From IMG/VR virus record IMGVR_UViG_3300044451_000434, positions 100,108 through 164,107 of that record: a DNA stretch of 64,000 nucleotides; one strand, written 5' to 3'. Under the pieces are notes generated by a model. It was not told the origin of the DNA, did no database searches, and was given only the letters and a program-made list of their open reading frames with translations. Each line of letters starts with the position of its first letter. Position 1 is the first letter of the stretch. The translations under genes and the position numbers were made by a program. Source of the DNA: a virus. This document shows, piece after piece, positions 10,178 through 20,510 of the stretch.

Positions 10178-10620
10178 ATCTTTCTCCTCCTGTGTAACAT
10201 TTTTTCCATGCTGCCCGAATTAGGAGCAGCCTCAAATATGGCTCTTCCACGAGAAATTGGAGACGACGGGTCTGCCCATGTTCCATCAGCAGTTCCCTCT
10301 CCATATTCAGTCTCGCCTTCAAGTCTTTCTCGACCCGAGAACGGACTCTCTGGATCACCATAGTCAAAATTGTGATGATATTCTTCCTTATGCTCGCTAG
10401 GGCCCTGTTCCCAAAGCATGAAGTCAGCAGCCATGTCAGGTGGGTCTTCGGCAACACCCTGAGACATGGGCGTTGTAATTTTATTACCCTCTCCGCTGTT
10501 GGGGCCCCGATACAATTTGTATGGATCAACCCTATCAAAGGGGTGAAGAAATGTATTTGGCACAGTTGTACCAAGGTTGGCAACCTTGACACGCCAACTG
10601 TAGCTCTCAAGGTTAAGCAT
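10174..10620 (-). CDS. Hypothetical protein
   Basis: 148 aa; coupled in operon. Confidence 0.65.
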   Translation of the reverse strand: MLNLESYSWRVKVANLGTTVPNTFLHPFDRVDPYKLYRGPNSGEGNKITTPMSQGVAEDPPDMAADFMLWEQGPSEHKEEYHHNFDYGDPESPFSGRERLEGETEYGEGTADGTWADPSSPISRGRAIFEAAPNSGSMEKMLHRRRKI

Positions 10621-10623
10621 CAG

Positions 10624-11316
10624 TCACCCAATATCCATATAGGAAGACAATATGTTTTTCTTACGACTGTTCAACTTCAATATTTCAGATGCTTCATCCT
10701 TGTGCAACTGCCTTTCCTCTGAAGCAGCAGCAAGCCTGATTTCAAAAAGTCTTCTGTCAATCGAAAGTAGATTTGACTGAGCTTCCTTTATAACGACATC
10801 TTTACCTATATTCTTGAGATTTGATGGCGCATCTTCAATAGGAAGATAGCCAGTGTTACTTATACGCCCTGCTCTGTTAGCAACAAGCGAATCTTCTATA
10901 TCCACAGGATCAACATCAGGACTACCAGTATTGAAGTGCAGCGAAAACAGATCTCTCTCGCCCTTCTTTGCCTCTGCGTATGCATTCCTGAATTTCTGGT
11001 CGAAAGCTTCACTTGTCATGTTTATATCAGAAACAGGAGAAGAATCGCGAGATTTACGGGAAACAAGATCGCTATCCTCGCCTGAAGAATACTCATCGAG
11101 GCGTGCCTCAACAACCCTTGTGGCATATTTTTCATCCCGCTCTGCCAACATCTGAGCAACCGACTTGTCAGCTTCGTCGCCATGAGATTCATCTATTGCC
11201 CGAGGAAGACTCGTGTCATTTATGAACGATGTCTCGTTGTCTTTCCTGTTCTGCTCCAAAAGTTGTTCTCTTGATGCAGATTTAATCAAACCCATACGTC
11301 TCAAAAAGTTAAACAT
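10624..11316 (-). CDS. Hypothetical protein downstream of terminase
   Basis: Start chosen at ATG 11316 (MFNFLRR...IKSAS) after GAGGAG RBS, just past the terminase stop. Confidence 0.7.
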   Translation of the reverse strand: MFNFLRRMGLIKSASREQLLEQNRKDNETSFINDTSLPRAIDESHGDEADKSVAQMLAERDEKYATRVVEARLDEYSSGEDSDLVSRKSRDSSPVSDINMTSEAFDQKFRNAYAEAKKGERDLFSLHFNTGSPDVDPVDIEDSLVANRAGRISNTGYLPIEDAPSNLKNIGKDVVIKEAQSNLLSIDRRLFEIRLAAASEERQLHKDEASEILKLNSRKKNILSSYMDIG

Positions 11317-11318
11317 TT

Positions 11319-13202
11319 TCAGCTCCTCATGTCCTTTGCCACCCTTTGACCTAAACCAACACCATACGGAACACCCTGCATAGATCTCCACACGGTTTGA
11401 TCCGCACCCATAGTTACTGACAATCTAGCCAGTCTACCTTGCGGCAAACGAGATTGATCCTGATCGGACGTGACAAAACAGGCTCCGGCAAGGGCGTCGA
11501 CAAGATCATCTGTTCTGACCATTCCGTCCCTCTTTGCAAAAACTCTATATCCTGTAGGCATGTATTTTCTTTGCAAATATAACATTTCATTCTTCAAAAG
11601 ATCGTGGTGTGGTATCAATAATTTCCCGCTAGAAGCCAAATCATAAAGATAATCATAAATAATTACTTTGTAGCGTTTAGTAAAGCGCGTCAATTTGGCA
11701 GGGATTCCCTTCGCTTGCAAACTTTTTATACTCGCTGCTGAGTTCCATTGGTCAAATGACACCTGGGAAAAATAAAATCTTCTGCTCAATTTAATTATAT
11801 ATGACTCTATCTCTTCATTTACTATGGGTTTGTCTTTAGAAGGTTGCCAAAACTTTATGTGGTCAATAACTATCTTAAAATCCATCTTACCAGTATCTTT
11901 CTTTATAAATTGTTCTCTATGACAGACCACAAGGGCATAATTATGACTTGAAGTGGCTGGATCAAGATGACAAAAATACATTTGACCAGGCTCTCCATAC
12001 TCTTTTAGTTGCAGAGATGGCTTAAAACAGGCCTCGACTATATCCCTTGAAAAAAAAGACTGCCCAGCTGTACCTGCAAATTCGGCGCCAAATTCCATGC
12101 CAAACTCTTCTTCCTGCATTTGGGAAAACATAGTTCGCAGCCCATCTCGACTCTGATTTATATTGACGACCCATGTTGGTAACCGCAAAGACATTCTCTG
12201 TGGAACATTTGGCGAAGTTTTGAACAATTCGTAAAAAACACCCTCTTTTCCACGAGGGCTAGAGATGCATACGATCTTGCCGTCGTAAATAAATTTTTCT
12301 TGCTCTATTCCCTCTTTATCGATGTACTTCTCTCTACGAACATATGTCGCAGTGGCAGGTGCCAAAGTTCTATATATCGCCTCTCCACCGCTTGATCCAG
12401 GTGTCTGCTTGTAAAGACCAATCTCATCGAGCATGAGGCAGTAGCAACCTATACCTGCAAGAGAATCAGAATTTGAGTGACCTGACCTGATGACCACAGA
12501 GCCAGGAGAAATCGGAAGATCCCTTGATCTCATCTCTTCGTTTCTTTTTCTGTCTGCAGGAGTCATAAGGTATATGGTGTCCTGAAGAATCCCATCTTGA
12601 CTGATCTTGTCAGAAAAATACACGCTCTTAAAAACTTTATCCCTAATTTCTTGAAAAAGTATTTCTGCCTGCTTGGAAGAGTTCGCGATAGTGATGATGG
12701 TAAATGGAGCACCAGTGCTTAACCCGTACAGCGCGTGAGGATCTCCGTTTGGGGACTCAATTAACCTGAGAGCCTCATAAAGCGCCAAAATAGATATGAC
12801 AAAATCCTTTCCAGAACGACGCCCCCACACAAGCACCAATTCCTGAAAAAGATTTCCGCTTTCATATTTTTTTAGAAGATCACCCTGTTCAAAGTCAGGG
12901 TCATCAAGACCATGCTGTTTGCACAACTCAATCTCTTCATCAGTCAATTTTAGGTCTTCGTTGCCCTTCGTGCCCCTATAGAAAGCTTTAAGTGCAATTT
13001 TCTGGAATGGAAACAACTCAATCGGAGTTGGCTCATAATGGCTCATGCCCAAATATTCACGACTCTCAATAAATTCAACTATTGAAGGTATTTTCCCCGA
13101 TGAAGATATTTGACCGCCTGTCTCGTTTTCAAGAGATTGACGAAAAGCCGTCAACTCAGCGATAAGTGGATTGTTTTTGGAAGGACGACCGCGCTTAGCC
13201 AT
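11319..13202 (-). CDS. terL: Terminase large subunit
   Basis: Walker A WGRRSGKD, Walker B LMLDEIG, coupling motif ISSP, nuclease motifs HLDPA, FDQWNS, DDLVDALAG. Confidence 0.93.
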   Translation of the reverse strand: MAKRGRPSKNNPLIAELTAFRQSLENETGGQISSSGKIPSIVEFIESREYLGMSHYEPTPIELFPFQKIALKAFYRGTKGNEDLKLTDEEIELCKQHGLDDPDFEQGDLLKKYESGNLFQELVLVWGRRSGKDFVISILALYEALRLIESPNGDPHALYGLSTGAPFTIITIANSSKQAEILFQEIRDKVFKSVYFSDKISQDGILQDTIYLMTPADRKRNEEMRSRDLPISPGSVVIRSGHSNSDSLAGIGCYCLMLDEIGLYKQTPGSSGGEAIYRTLAPATATYVRREKYIDKEGIEQEKFIYDGKIVCISSPRGKEGVFYELFKTSPNVPQRMSLRLPTWVVNINQSRDGLRTMFSQMQEEEFGMEFGAEFAGTAGQSFFSRDIVEACFKPSLQLKEYGEPGQMYFCHLDPATSSHNYALVVCHREQFIKKDTGKMDFKIVIDHIKFWQPSKDKPIVNEEIESYIIKLSRRFYFSQVSFDQWNSAASIKSLQAKGIPAKLTRFTKRYKVIIYDYLYDLASSGKLLIPHHDLLKNEMLYLQRKYMPTGYRVFAKRDGMVRTDDLVDALAGACFVTSDQDQSRLPQGRLARLSVTMGADQTVWRSMQGVPYGVGLGQRVAKDMRS

Positions 13203-13545
13203 TAAATTTCCTCAACCTGTAACCAATAGATGAAATACAATCCTTAAAATCAACCTCTTGTCCGATGTTTTTTATTGAGGCTGCTGCATTGGTCTCCAAA
13301 AGAATTCCTGTTTCCCCATCAACCCTCCAAAAAAAGAATCTGTCTAAACGCTCAGGATCCATCATATAAACATATTTCATCAAATTTTCTGGTATAGATG
13401 AACAGGCTACACATGTCGGTTCTGCATTTGAAACTGCAACACAAGACCAACAAAATATGTCATTTCTATCAAGCATTTTGGTAGAGATAGCGGCCTTCAC
13501 AATCTCTGCCTGCTTTAGAGGCATCACCACATGGAAGACATCCAT
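13195..13545 (-). CDS. Hypothetical protein
   Basis: Likely start ATG 13545 (MDVFHVV) after GGAGAGGTGG; upstream part of the track ORF looks non-coding. Confidence 0.55.
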   Translation of the reverse strand: MDVFHVVMPLKQAEIVKAAISTKMLDRNDIFCWSCVAVSNAEPTCVACSSIPENLMKYVYMMDPERLDRFFFWRVDGETGILLETNAAASIKNIGQEVDFKDCISSIGYRLRKFNG

Positions 13546-13720
13546 GAGACCACCACCTCTCCCAAAAACATCTACCCAAAAACGCCAGAAATACCTCCAC
13601 AAAAACAATATGTACTTGATGCTCCTTGGGTAGACTTTGAGATTATGGCTATCTTGGAGACTGCTCATGCGGCACATCTTTCTCAGCATACAAGCGCCAA
13701 TAGAACACAACTCCGATACA

Positions 13721-13864
13721 CTATCGGTCGCAACTATTATCGCCAATATGCAATCGACCTCGTAGAGAGATATTGAAGTTGGCGTATGCGTCTCGGTCAT
13801 TGTTGTGGTTGCAACTTTGACATACGAAGCGCCTGTCGCGTGACTGAGTATATTCACAGGCAAT
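13721..13864 (-). pseudogene. Relic of the C-terminus of an IS200/IS605 TnpB-like gene
   Basis: Frame without a start reads IACEYTQSRDRRFVCQSCNHNNDRDAYANFNISLRG, matching the TnpB ending YTSQ...F-x-C-x-x-C...DRD-x-NAA-x-NI. Confidence 0.5.
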
Positions 13865-14151
13865 TTAAACTTTGTTCATGTTCTACTGAGGTGGCTGCCT
13901 GTGTCAAATATTCCGAATCAGCACTTGAAGATTGAATGTGAAGTTTTGTCAACATGATGCGAATATGTGCGGAATTTCTAGCGATTGCTTTTTTTTGAGT
14001 TCAGTTGCATTGGCGCATTTTCTTCTATGAGAAAAGAACCGTTAGTTAGAGTTTTAATTGTATTGACGCTGTGCTGCAAAGCACTCAAGTCTTTTTCAGT
14101 TTGTTCCGCAGAAACTTCATCTGATACAGGAAAAATTCTAGGATTTGGCAT
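13854..14151 (-). pseudogene. Small tail-associated gene apparently frameshifted at an A8 run
   Basis: ATG 14151 reads MPNPRIF...QLNSKK then TAG at 13978-13980; removing one A from the run at 13989-13996 gives a 98-aa ORF ending at 13854. Confidence 0.4.
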
Positions 14152-14168
14152 TTAGTTTACTTTCGTGT

Positions 14169-14597
14169 TTAGTTCGCAAACATTTCAAATGTATCAAACT
14201 GAACACCACCAAGTGATACGATAACTGTATCAGGATCACTGTCCGAGGCAAAAGTGATCCATTGCCCATTGGAAACTGTTATTTCAAAACCATCGGGTGG
14301 AATTGTATCCATGGAAGGTAGAATAAATGTTGGTTCTGATGGGCCCACACCTAGTATCCCGAAATCTTGTGTGCCCGCAGGTTGAGAGTTTGTTACTTTG
14401 TAGTACAGTTGCGATCTAGAATTGTCGTAGTAGACCGTGAAAGTTACTGGCTGATTTATGCCCTTAATCTGCCTGGAAGAACCGTTGTACTGAGTACCAA
14501 ATCCCGTATCGGTAGTTCCAACATCTGCCCATTGAACAGCATTGGGAGTCACATCCCTAACATTGGCGTGGCCTCGTAAACCCACAATGTGTCTCAT
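14169..14597 (-). CDS. Tail-fibre-associated protein
   Basis: 142 aa, beta-rich, ATGA-coupled to the fibre gene. Confidence 0.65.
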   Translation of the reverse strand: MRHIVGLRGHANVRDVTPNAVQWADVGTTDTGFGTQYNGSSRQIKGINQPVTFTVYYDNSRSQLYYKVTNSQPAGTQDFGILGVGPSEPTFILPSMDTIPPDGFEITVSNGQWITFASDSDPDTVIVSLGGVQFDTFEMFAN

Positions 14598-16261
14598 GTT
14601 CCTAGTGCTCCTGCAAGATTAAATGTGTTGGCAACATAGGCAACAAGAGAGGCGGATGCGTGTTGGCCTGCGGTTTTGGTGTAAGATCCAAACGAGTTAA
14701 TTGTGGTTCCTGATGCAGAGAAAGTTACTTGACCTGCTCCCAATTGAATTACGGTAACACTGTAACCGGCACCAAGTCCACTAGGAACAGTAACCGTGAT
14801 TGAACTCGCGTTGTTCATTGTGATTACTTTACCGTTATCTGATGCAGCAAGTGTGTATGTTGTGCCTGTTTGAGCATTTATTCCACTAGAAGAAAGTGCG
14901 TAAGCAGAGGCATTTACTCCACCTGGCGCGGTCACAGTTCCGTAAATAGTGGCAGATGTTTGTGAGGTGGCACCAATCACGGCGGTGTTGCTGCCTAGAC
15001 CCACAGCCTCAGAACCAATCACAATTTCAGAACTTGGAGCATCACCGCTTGCCCGCGAGTTATAACCAATGTAGATGTTATTTGTGCCGCCAGAGGTATG
15101 ATTGGTGTTGCTGCTTGTTTTATAACGAGCAGCACCACCACCGATTGCGGTGACGCCCGTTCCGCTTGTAGCGTTTCTTAAAGCAGAATTACCAATCGCG
15201 GAGTTGTCTGAGCCATTTATAGAAAAGAGTGCTTCTGCGCCCACCGCAGTGTTTTGTTGGCCTGTGGTGAGCGTGTAGAGGGCATTAATGCCGATTGCTG
15301 CGTTGTACGATCCAGATGTGTTGCTTAGCATTGAGTTGTAGCCGATGCTCACATTGCCAATGGAAGTCACAGAGGCACTTCCAAACAACGCTTGATATCC
15401 GATGGCAGTATTCGTTCGTGCCGTGGTGGCTCGATACATGGCGCTCGTACCAACGGCTAGATTGCCGTAGGCAGTAGTGGTGCCGTCGCCGTTGAGATTC
15501 AACAATGCTTGGGAACCAATCGCCACATTGTCAACGCCTGCGGTGTTAGCAGCCAAACTTGAAGAGCCGACACCAACATTGCGAGCACCCGTCGTATTGG
15601 CGTTGACGGCAGAAGAACCGATGGCAACATTCGTGCTGACATCTCCTGCACCGCGACCGACTCGCAATCCGTTTACGAAACAATCCTTTGCCACGCCAAT
15701 ACCGCCCGAGACAACAAGTGCGCCCGTGGTACTGTTACTGCTCGCCGTTGTCGCCGCAGCCGTAAGCACGCCCGCGAAGTTGCCCGTGCCGCCCACGAAC
15801 AGCGCACCCGACACACCGATGCCACCTGTCACAAGAAGCGCACCCGTTGTGGTGCTCGTGCTCGCCGTGCCGCTTGTCGCTCGCAGTTGACCACCTGCGG
15901 CAACAGTGCTAGAGCCCGTGATGGCACCGTCTGCGTCGATATTGCCTGTTGAGGTAACGCTCGAAAACTCTGCGAAAGTAGCGAAGATATCTCCAATGAC
16001 CGTTAATGTATTATTTGCCGTAACTGCACCGTCAAATATTTTTTCTCCAACAATAGTTTGCGTTGTTGCTATGGTGACTAGATTTTCCGTCAGGTCAGTT
16101 GTTGCTGACAGCTTTTTGACTGTACCGCTAGTGTTTTTGATGAAGAGCGCCTCGTCTGCAACGTTGATTGCAATTTCTCCAAGTTCTAGTGTGGCATCTG
16201 GCTGCGAAGAAGCATAAGTGGAGTACAGGTGCTGAATTATACTTTCTCTAGTTACTGGCAT
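14594..16261 (-). CDS. Tail fibre / receptor-binding protein
   Basis: N-terminal LELGEIAIN anchor; STTTGAL-x-V-x-GG-x-G repeats; about ten N-x-A-[IV]-G-x-x-A-L repeats; C-terminal INAQTGTTYTL...IQLGAGQVT domain. Confidence 0.85.
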   Translation of the reverse strand: MPVTRESIIQHLYSTYASSQPDATLELGEIAINVADEALFIKNTSGTVKKLSATTDLTENLVTIATTQTIVGEKIFDGAVTANNTLTVIGDIFATFAEFSSVTSTGNIDADGAITGSSTVAAGGQLRATSGTASTSTTTGALLVTGGIGVSGALFVGGTGNFAGVLTAAATTASSNSTTGALVVSGGIGVAKDCFVNGLRVGRGAGDVSTNVAIGSSAVNANTTGARNVGVGSSSLAANTAGVDNVAIGSQALLNLNGDGTTTAYGNLAVGTSAMYRATTARTNTAIGYQALFGSASVTSIGNVSIGYNSMLSNTSGSYNAAIGINALYTLTTGQQNTAVGAEALFSINGSDNSAIGNSALRNATSGTGVTAIGGGAARYKTSSNTNHTSGGTNNIYIGYNSRASGDAPSSEIVIGSEAVGLGSNTAVIGATSQTSATIYGTVTAPGGVNASAYALSSSGINAQTGTTYTLAASDNGKVITMNNASSITVTVPSGLGAGYSVTVIQLGAGQVTFSASGTTINSFGSYTKTAGQHASASLVAYVANTFNLAGALGT

Positions 16262-16300
16262 GCATAACCCTCAATTGTACCACAAAATTATACGATCAGA

Positions 16301-18457
16301 TCAGGTGAAGATTCCACCCCTGATGTTGGCAATAAGTGTTCCAACCGTGTATCCGGTTGCGCTAGTGTTGACGGTGGTGCTAGGTTCCGATTGAGAATCC
16401 ACAAAAAGCCTGAACTTGCCGTCCGAAGCGTCTCGGAAAAGACCGCAATATAGGTCTAGCGAGCCACTTGTGTCATAGAGACCGTAGAAACCGATATCAA
16501 CACTGTCAGCGGTACTGTTGCCATTAGCGAGTTTTATGAGTGGGTCCTCAACCGACAAGATCGAGGTATTAACTGTGACGGCGGTTCCGTTGACAGTTAG
16601 ATCACCAGTCACGGTCAAGTTGTTTCCAACTGTAGCATTGTAGCCAAATGCAACAGTGCCGCCTGCAGCAGATCCTATGTTCACATTTGTGGTTGACCCA
16701 GATGCTCCGTTTGCACCCATATTTATTGTATTGGTGAATCCATTTCCGGTAGCACCGTTGGAAATTCCAGTGGTCGCGCTAGATGCCCCATTATACCCAA
16801 AACCAAGTGTGGTGGCTGCACCGAAGGCATTCACCGTTGTTGCAGTAGTATTAAAGACATTCTGGGTCGTTGCGTTCCCAACAAGTGTACCACCGCGAAG
16901 GTTGATTGTTGCTGTTGTGGAATCACCCATGGTGATGGCGGTGGCTGCGCCACCGATGTTCAGAGTTGTTGCTGTACCGTTAAGCAGATTGAATGTTGCG
17001 GCTGATGTTGTGAGGCCTCCGCCATTGACGGCGAGGTCACCAGTGATCGTGAGGGTGTCCGTCGTCTTGTTATAGGTTAGACCAGAGTCTCCACCTAGGG
17101 CGGAACCTCCGTCATTGAACATCACTTGGGTGTCGGAACCAGCTACAAGAGCAACTGTGCCAGTGGCATCGGGCAGGGTGATCGTGCGGTCGGCGGTTGG
17201 GTCGGCAACAGTGAGGGTGGTCTCAAAACCATTAGATGTTACGCCCTCCCATATGATGTTCACGGGGGTTACAACAGGAGTTAGATCATCTGTTTGTTTT
17301 GTACCCAAATATATGTCACCACCCAAAAAATCTGTAGTTGATCCATTTCCAGAATTTACTTTTATAAGTGGAACGCTTCCTTCAAAAAAAACGGAACTAG
17401 TAGTGCTCAACGCGAGTGTACCCGTGGGCGCAATCGTAATATAATTAGAACCACTGTTTGTCGTTACATACGCGTTTGTATTGCCAAGCTTGAGGGTTGA
17501 ATTTCTTATATGTGCTACTCCTGTGCTAGTGGAACCAATTGTAACGGCTGTGGCTGCGCCAAAGGCATTTACAGTTGTTGCAGTGTTATTAAAGACATGC
17601 TGTGTCGTTAAATTGCCAACAAGGGTGCCGCCACGGATGACGGTGGTGGCTATTGTTGAATCACCCATGGTGATGGCGGTGGCTGCGCCACCGAGATTCA
17701 GGGTGGCAACCGTACTGTCCAGCAGATTGAATGTTGCGGCTGATGTTGTGAGGCCTCCGCCGTTGACGGCGAGGTCGCCTGCAATGGTGAGGGTGTCTCC
17801 GTTGACGGCGAGGTCGCCTGCAATGGTGAGGGTGTCTGTCAACGAGTTGTAGGTCAGGCCATTACTGTCCACCCTCACTGCGGTGGCGCCAGAGGTGGCA
17901 TTGGTGAATGCTATGTATGCAGTTGTGGTGGCATCATCATTTGTGACGCTCACGTTCGTGGCGGTGCCTGTGCTTGACCAGCTGAGGACACCGTTGCCGT
18001 CCGTGGTCAGAACCTCTGCCGCATCACCATCATTTACCGGCAGGGTGAATGTGTATGCTGCATTCGAAGTGGTGGCAGTAGGCGCCTGGAGGATCACCGT
18101 TCCACCACCGTTGCCACGAGCTGTGAATACTATTTCACTCGTTGTCCCGAGGGTCAAGTCCCCGGTAAGCGATCCGCCGGAAAGCGGCAGATAATTTCCA
18201 GCAAGGCTTTTTACGGCATACTGGGTTGCCAACTTATTGTTTTCACTGCTGACACTCGACCAGTTGATGGCTGCTTGGTCTTCGATGATCGCACCAACCC
18301 AGTTGGAAGTGTTGTTGCCGCCGGAACCTACGAAAAGCTTCTTGTTACTACCTGACCCGTTGGCAAAAGCCAACTCGCCATCATACAGATCAGAAGGGGC
18401 TGTCGTTGCAGAAGACCCGTACAGGACGGTTATCAGTGATTCTCTTGACGTTGGCAT
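16301..18457 (-). CDS. Tail fibre protein
   Basis: Thr/Gly/Ala-rich; N-terminus paralogous to 14594..16261 (MPTSRES/MPVTRES, GELA/GEIA); internal duplicated block; PTADRTITLPDATGT motif. Confidence 0.85.
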   Translation of the reverse strand: MPTSRESLITVLYGSSATTAPSDLYDGELAFANGSGSNKKLFVGSGGNNTSNWVGAIIEDQAAINWSSVSSENNKLATQYAVKSLAGNYLPLSGGSLTGDLTLGTTSEIVFTARGNGGGTVILQAPTATTSNAAYTFTLPVNDGDAAEVLTTDGNGVLSWSSTGTATNVSVTNDDATTTAYIAFTNATSGATAVRVDSNGLTYNSLTDTLTIAGDLAVNGDTLTIAGDLAVNGGGLTTSAATFNLLDSTVATLNLGGAATAITMGDSTIATTVIRGGTLVGNLTTQHVFNNTATTVNAFGAATAVTIGSTSTGVAHIRNSTLKLGNTNAYVTTNSGSNYITIAPTGTLALSTTSSVFFEGSVPLIKVNSGNGSTTDFLGGDIYLGTKQTDDLTPVVTPVNIIWEGVTSNGFETTLTVADPTADRTITLPDATGTVALVAGSDTQVMFNDGGSALGGDSGLTYNKTTDTLTITGDLAVNGGGLTTSAATFNLLNGTATTLNIGGAATAITMGDSTTATINLRGGTLVGNATTQNVFNTTATTVNAFGAATTLGFGYNGASSATTGISNGATGNGFTNTINMGANGASGSTTNVNIGSAAGGTVAFGYNATVGNNLTVTGDLTVNGTAVTVNTSILSVEDPLIKLANGNSTADSVDIGFYGLYDTSGSLDLYCGLFRDASDGKFRLFVDSQSEPSTTVNTSATGYTVGTLIANIRGGIFT
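17760..17837. repeat. Perfect 39-bp tandem duplication (DTLTIAGDLAVNG x2)
   Basis: ccgttgacggcgaggtcgcctgcaatggtgagggtgtct occurs at 17760-17798 and 17799-17837. Confidence 0.95.
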
Positions 18458-18600
18458 GGTTTTTTATCCTTAAAGTTTAAATTATGCGTTAATCTCTATA
18501 CATTTTTTTCGACAAAATACTTCCATGTAGATTTTTTTTACCAAACATGCCTGAAAATCGCTATAATAAATTGTTTTTTAATGCTACATTCTCACCGTAC

Positions 18601-20397
18601 TCATTCAACAGTTATGTTGCCCTGCGAACTGATCACATTCCATTCTGTGTTTGCGACGCTGCATACTAGTTCGACGCAATCTTTTGGATCGTTGCTCGCT
18701 AGATATCCCGAAACACCAACGGTTGTATCCATGTTTCCAAAATGGATGATCTGACCGTGGTTCTGTGCAATACGCCATGTGTTTTGGAGACCACTCACCC
18801 TCACTATTTTGCCCACCGCAGAAGAAGAAGGTAGTGTGAGAACGAGCGTTCCTTCATTCTTGTTGGCAAAAACTCCGGTGTCAACCGAAAGACCCTGATC
18901 GTCTGTGACGACGCTCCAGATAATCATGCCACCGCCTGTAACGGTCGACCAAGACAACTCGGCGACTGAGTCATCCACCGAAGCAATGGTGAGAACTTGG
19001 TTTGTCGAACCAATCGATGGGGGCATGACATATGTGGAATCAGATGGCAAGGAAGACGGAGCCCTAACCGCCACGCAGCTTGAAGAATCTGCATCTGCAA
19101 GACGAACAGACCCGACCGCGTCGAGCTGAAGATTACCATCGGACAAAATCGCAAAAGTTCCAGATTTGTCTGGAAGTGTCAGAGTTCTGTCAACTGTTGG
19201 TTCTTCTGTCTGGATCGTTGTTTGGTACGAGTTGATCGTGCCGCTGTCAAAAACAAGATTGCTACCGATGATGCGTATGTCACCATCGCCCACGACACGT
19301 CCCTGATCGTCAACCTCAAATACCGTATGACCGTCAATGTCTCTCACCTGAAATGCTGTCGAGCCATCGAAGGTTGTCGCACGGATTGCGAGTGAGCCAC
19401 AGAAGCTGACATGCTGACAATTGTTTGAATAGGGGTCATAATAAGGGTCTTCTGCAGGCCAAGACCAGTTATGAAACCAACCTGCCCTAGTAATCTTCTG
19501 TCTTGTATATCCGTCGAGATAAGCGGCATCAACCCCATATATCAGTGATCCATCTGCAGATTGGTACTTGAGAAAACTTTCGAAGGTAGGAACATCTCCT
19601 GCTCCGTTGCCAACATCTCTAGTTGCAGCCGTACCAAGCCCGAGCGTGGTTCTCTGGGTGTAGGCATCGGGATCATCAAGCAGAGCCTTGCCTGCTACCG
19701 TGATATCTCCGCCGAGTTTGGATGTTGAAACCACTCCGAAATCAATCGTCCATGTGGATCCAAAGTTACTGACGGTAATGTCGCCCTTGTCTCCGTCTGT
19801 GATGCCTAAGCCACCAGACGGAGAAGATGCCACCCATGCAGAACCAGTCCATGTGGGAACCTGCCCAGATGTTGCACCACTCTGTGCTATTTTTGATAGC
19901 GGCACGGAAGACACGGAAACTGTTACTGCACCATCATTGGATGATGACACGGATATGGTTCCGTCTTGGTTTGACAGACCATCAAGTCTTGGGGGAGACA
20001 AAAGCCGCCAAACTGTGCCGTCCCACTGCCATTTACGTCGGCCGTGAATGATGATCTGACTGACTACCTGAGACTGGGCCAATACGAGCGGCGTGGTGGC
20101 TGCAGAAAGTTGTAAGAAGTCTCCCTCAGAACCGAACTCGACCCACGCAGACCTTCCCTGTGAATCTGTGTACCACACTGCCTCCCTGCCGGTTACTGGA
20201 TTTATCCAGCGTTCTCCTGAATACGGCGATGGAGGGGGAGTGGGCGATATTTCAGTATGCTGACTACTAGCGGCGCCGGGAACCCACTTTTCTTGAGCTT
20301 GGTTCCACACCAGAGTGTTTCCATCCTGCGGCTGCTGTCTTGCTATATCAGCGAGATCTCTCAGTCTCGAAATCTGTACATTTGGAGGTATAGCCAC
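18601..20397 (-). CDS. Mosaic tail fibre / virion structural protein
   Basis: Fibre modules LVWN...KWVP, GQVPTWTGSAW, DGDKGDITVS, QRTTLGLGTAA, PTVDRTLTLPDKSGT. Confidence 0.8.
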   Translation of the reverse strand: MAIPPNVQISRLRDLADIARQQPQDGNTLVWNQAQEKWVPGAASSQHTEISPTPPPSPYSGERWINPVTGREAVWYTDSQGRSAWVEFGSEGDFLQLSAATTPLVLAQSQVVSQIIIHGRRKWQWDGTVWRLLSPPRLDGLSNQDGTISVSSSNDGAVTVSVSSVPLSKIAQSGATSGQVPTWTGSAWVASSPSGGLGITDGDKGDITVSNFGSTWTIDFGVVSTSKLGGDITVAGKALLDDPDAYTQRTTLGLGTAATRDVGNGAGDVPTFESFLKYQSADGSLIYGVDAAYLDGYTRQKITRAGWFHNWSWPAEDPYYDPYSNNCQHVSFCGSLAIRATTFDGSTAFQVRDIDGHTVFEVDDQGRVVGDGDIRIIGSNLVFDSGTINSYQTTIQTEEPTVDRTLTLPDKSGTFAILSDGNLQLDAVGSVRLADADSSSCVAVRAPSSLPSDSTYVMPPSIGSTNQVLTIASVDDSVAELSWSTVTGGGMIIWSVVTDDQGLSVDTGVFANKNEGTLVLTLPSSSAVGKIVRVSGLQNTWRIAQNHGQIIHFGNMDTTVGVSGYLASNDPKDCVELVCSVANTEWNVISSQGNITVE

Positions 20398-20510
20398 AAA
20401 GGATGTTTCATAAAAAATGAGTCTTTTCCCCCGTCAACAAACTTCTTCATATGGATAAGTTGATGAATTTTAAAGATTTTTCCGTTTTCGAACACCCAAA
20501 GGACGAAATA

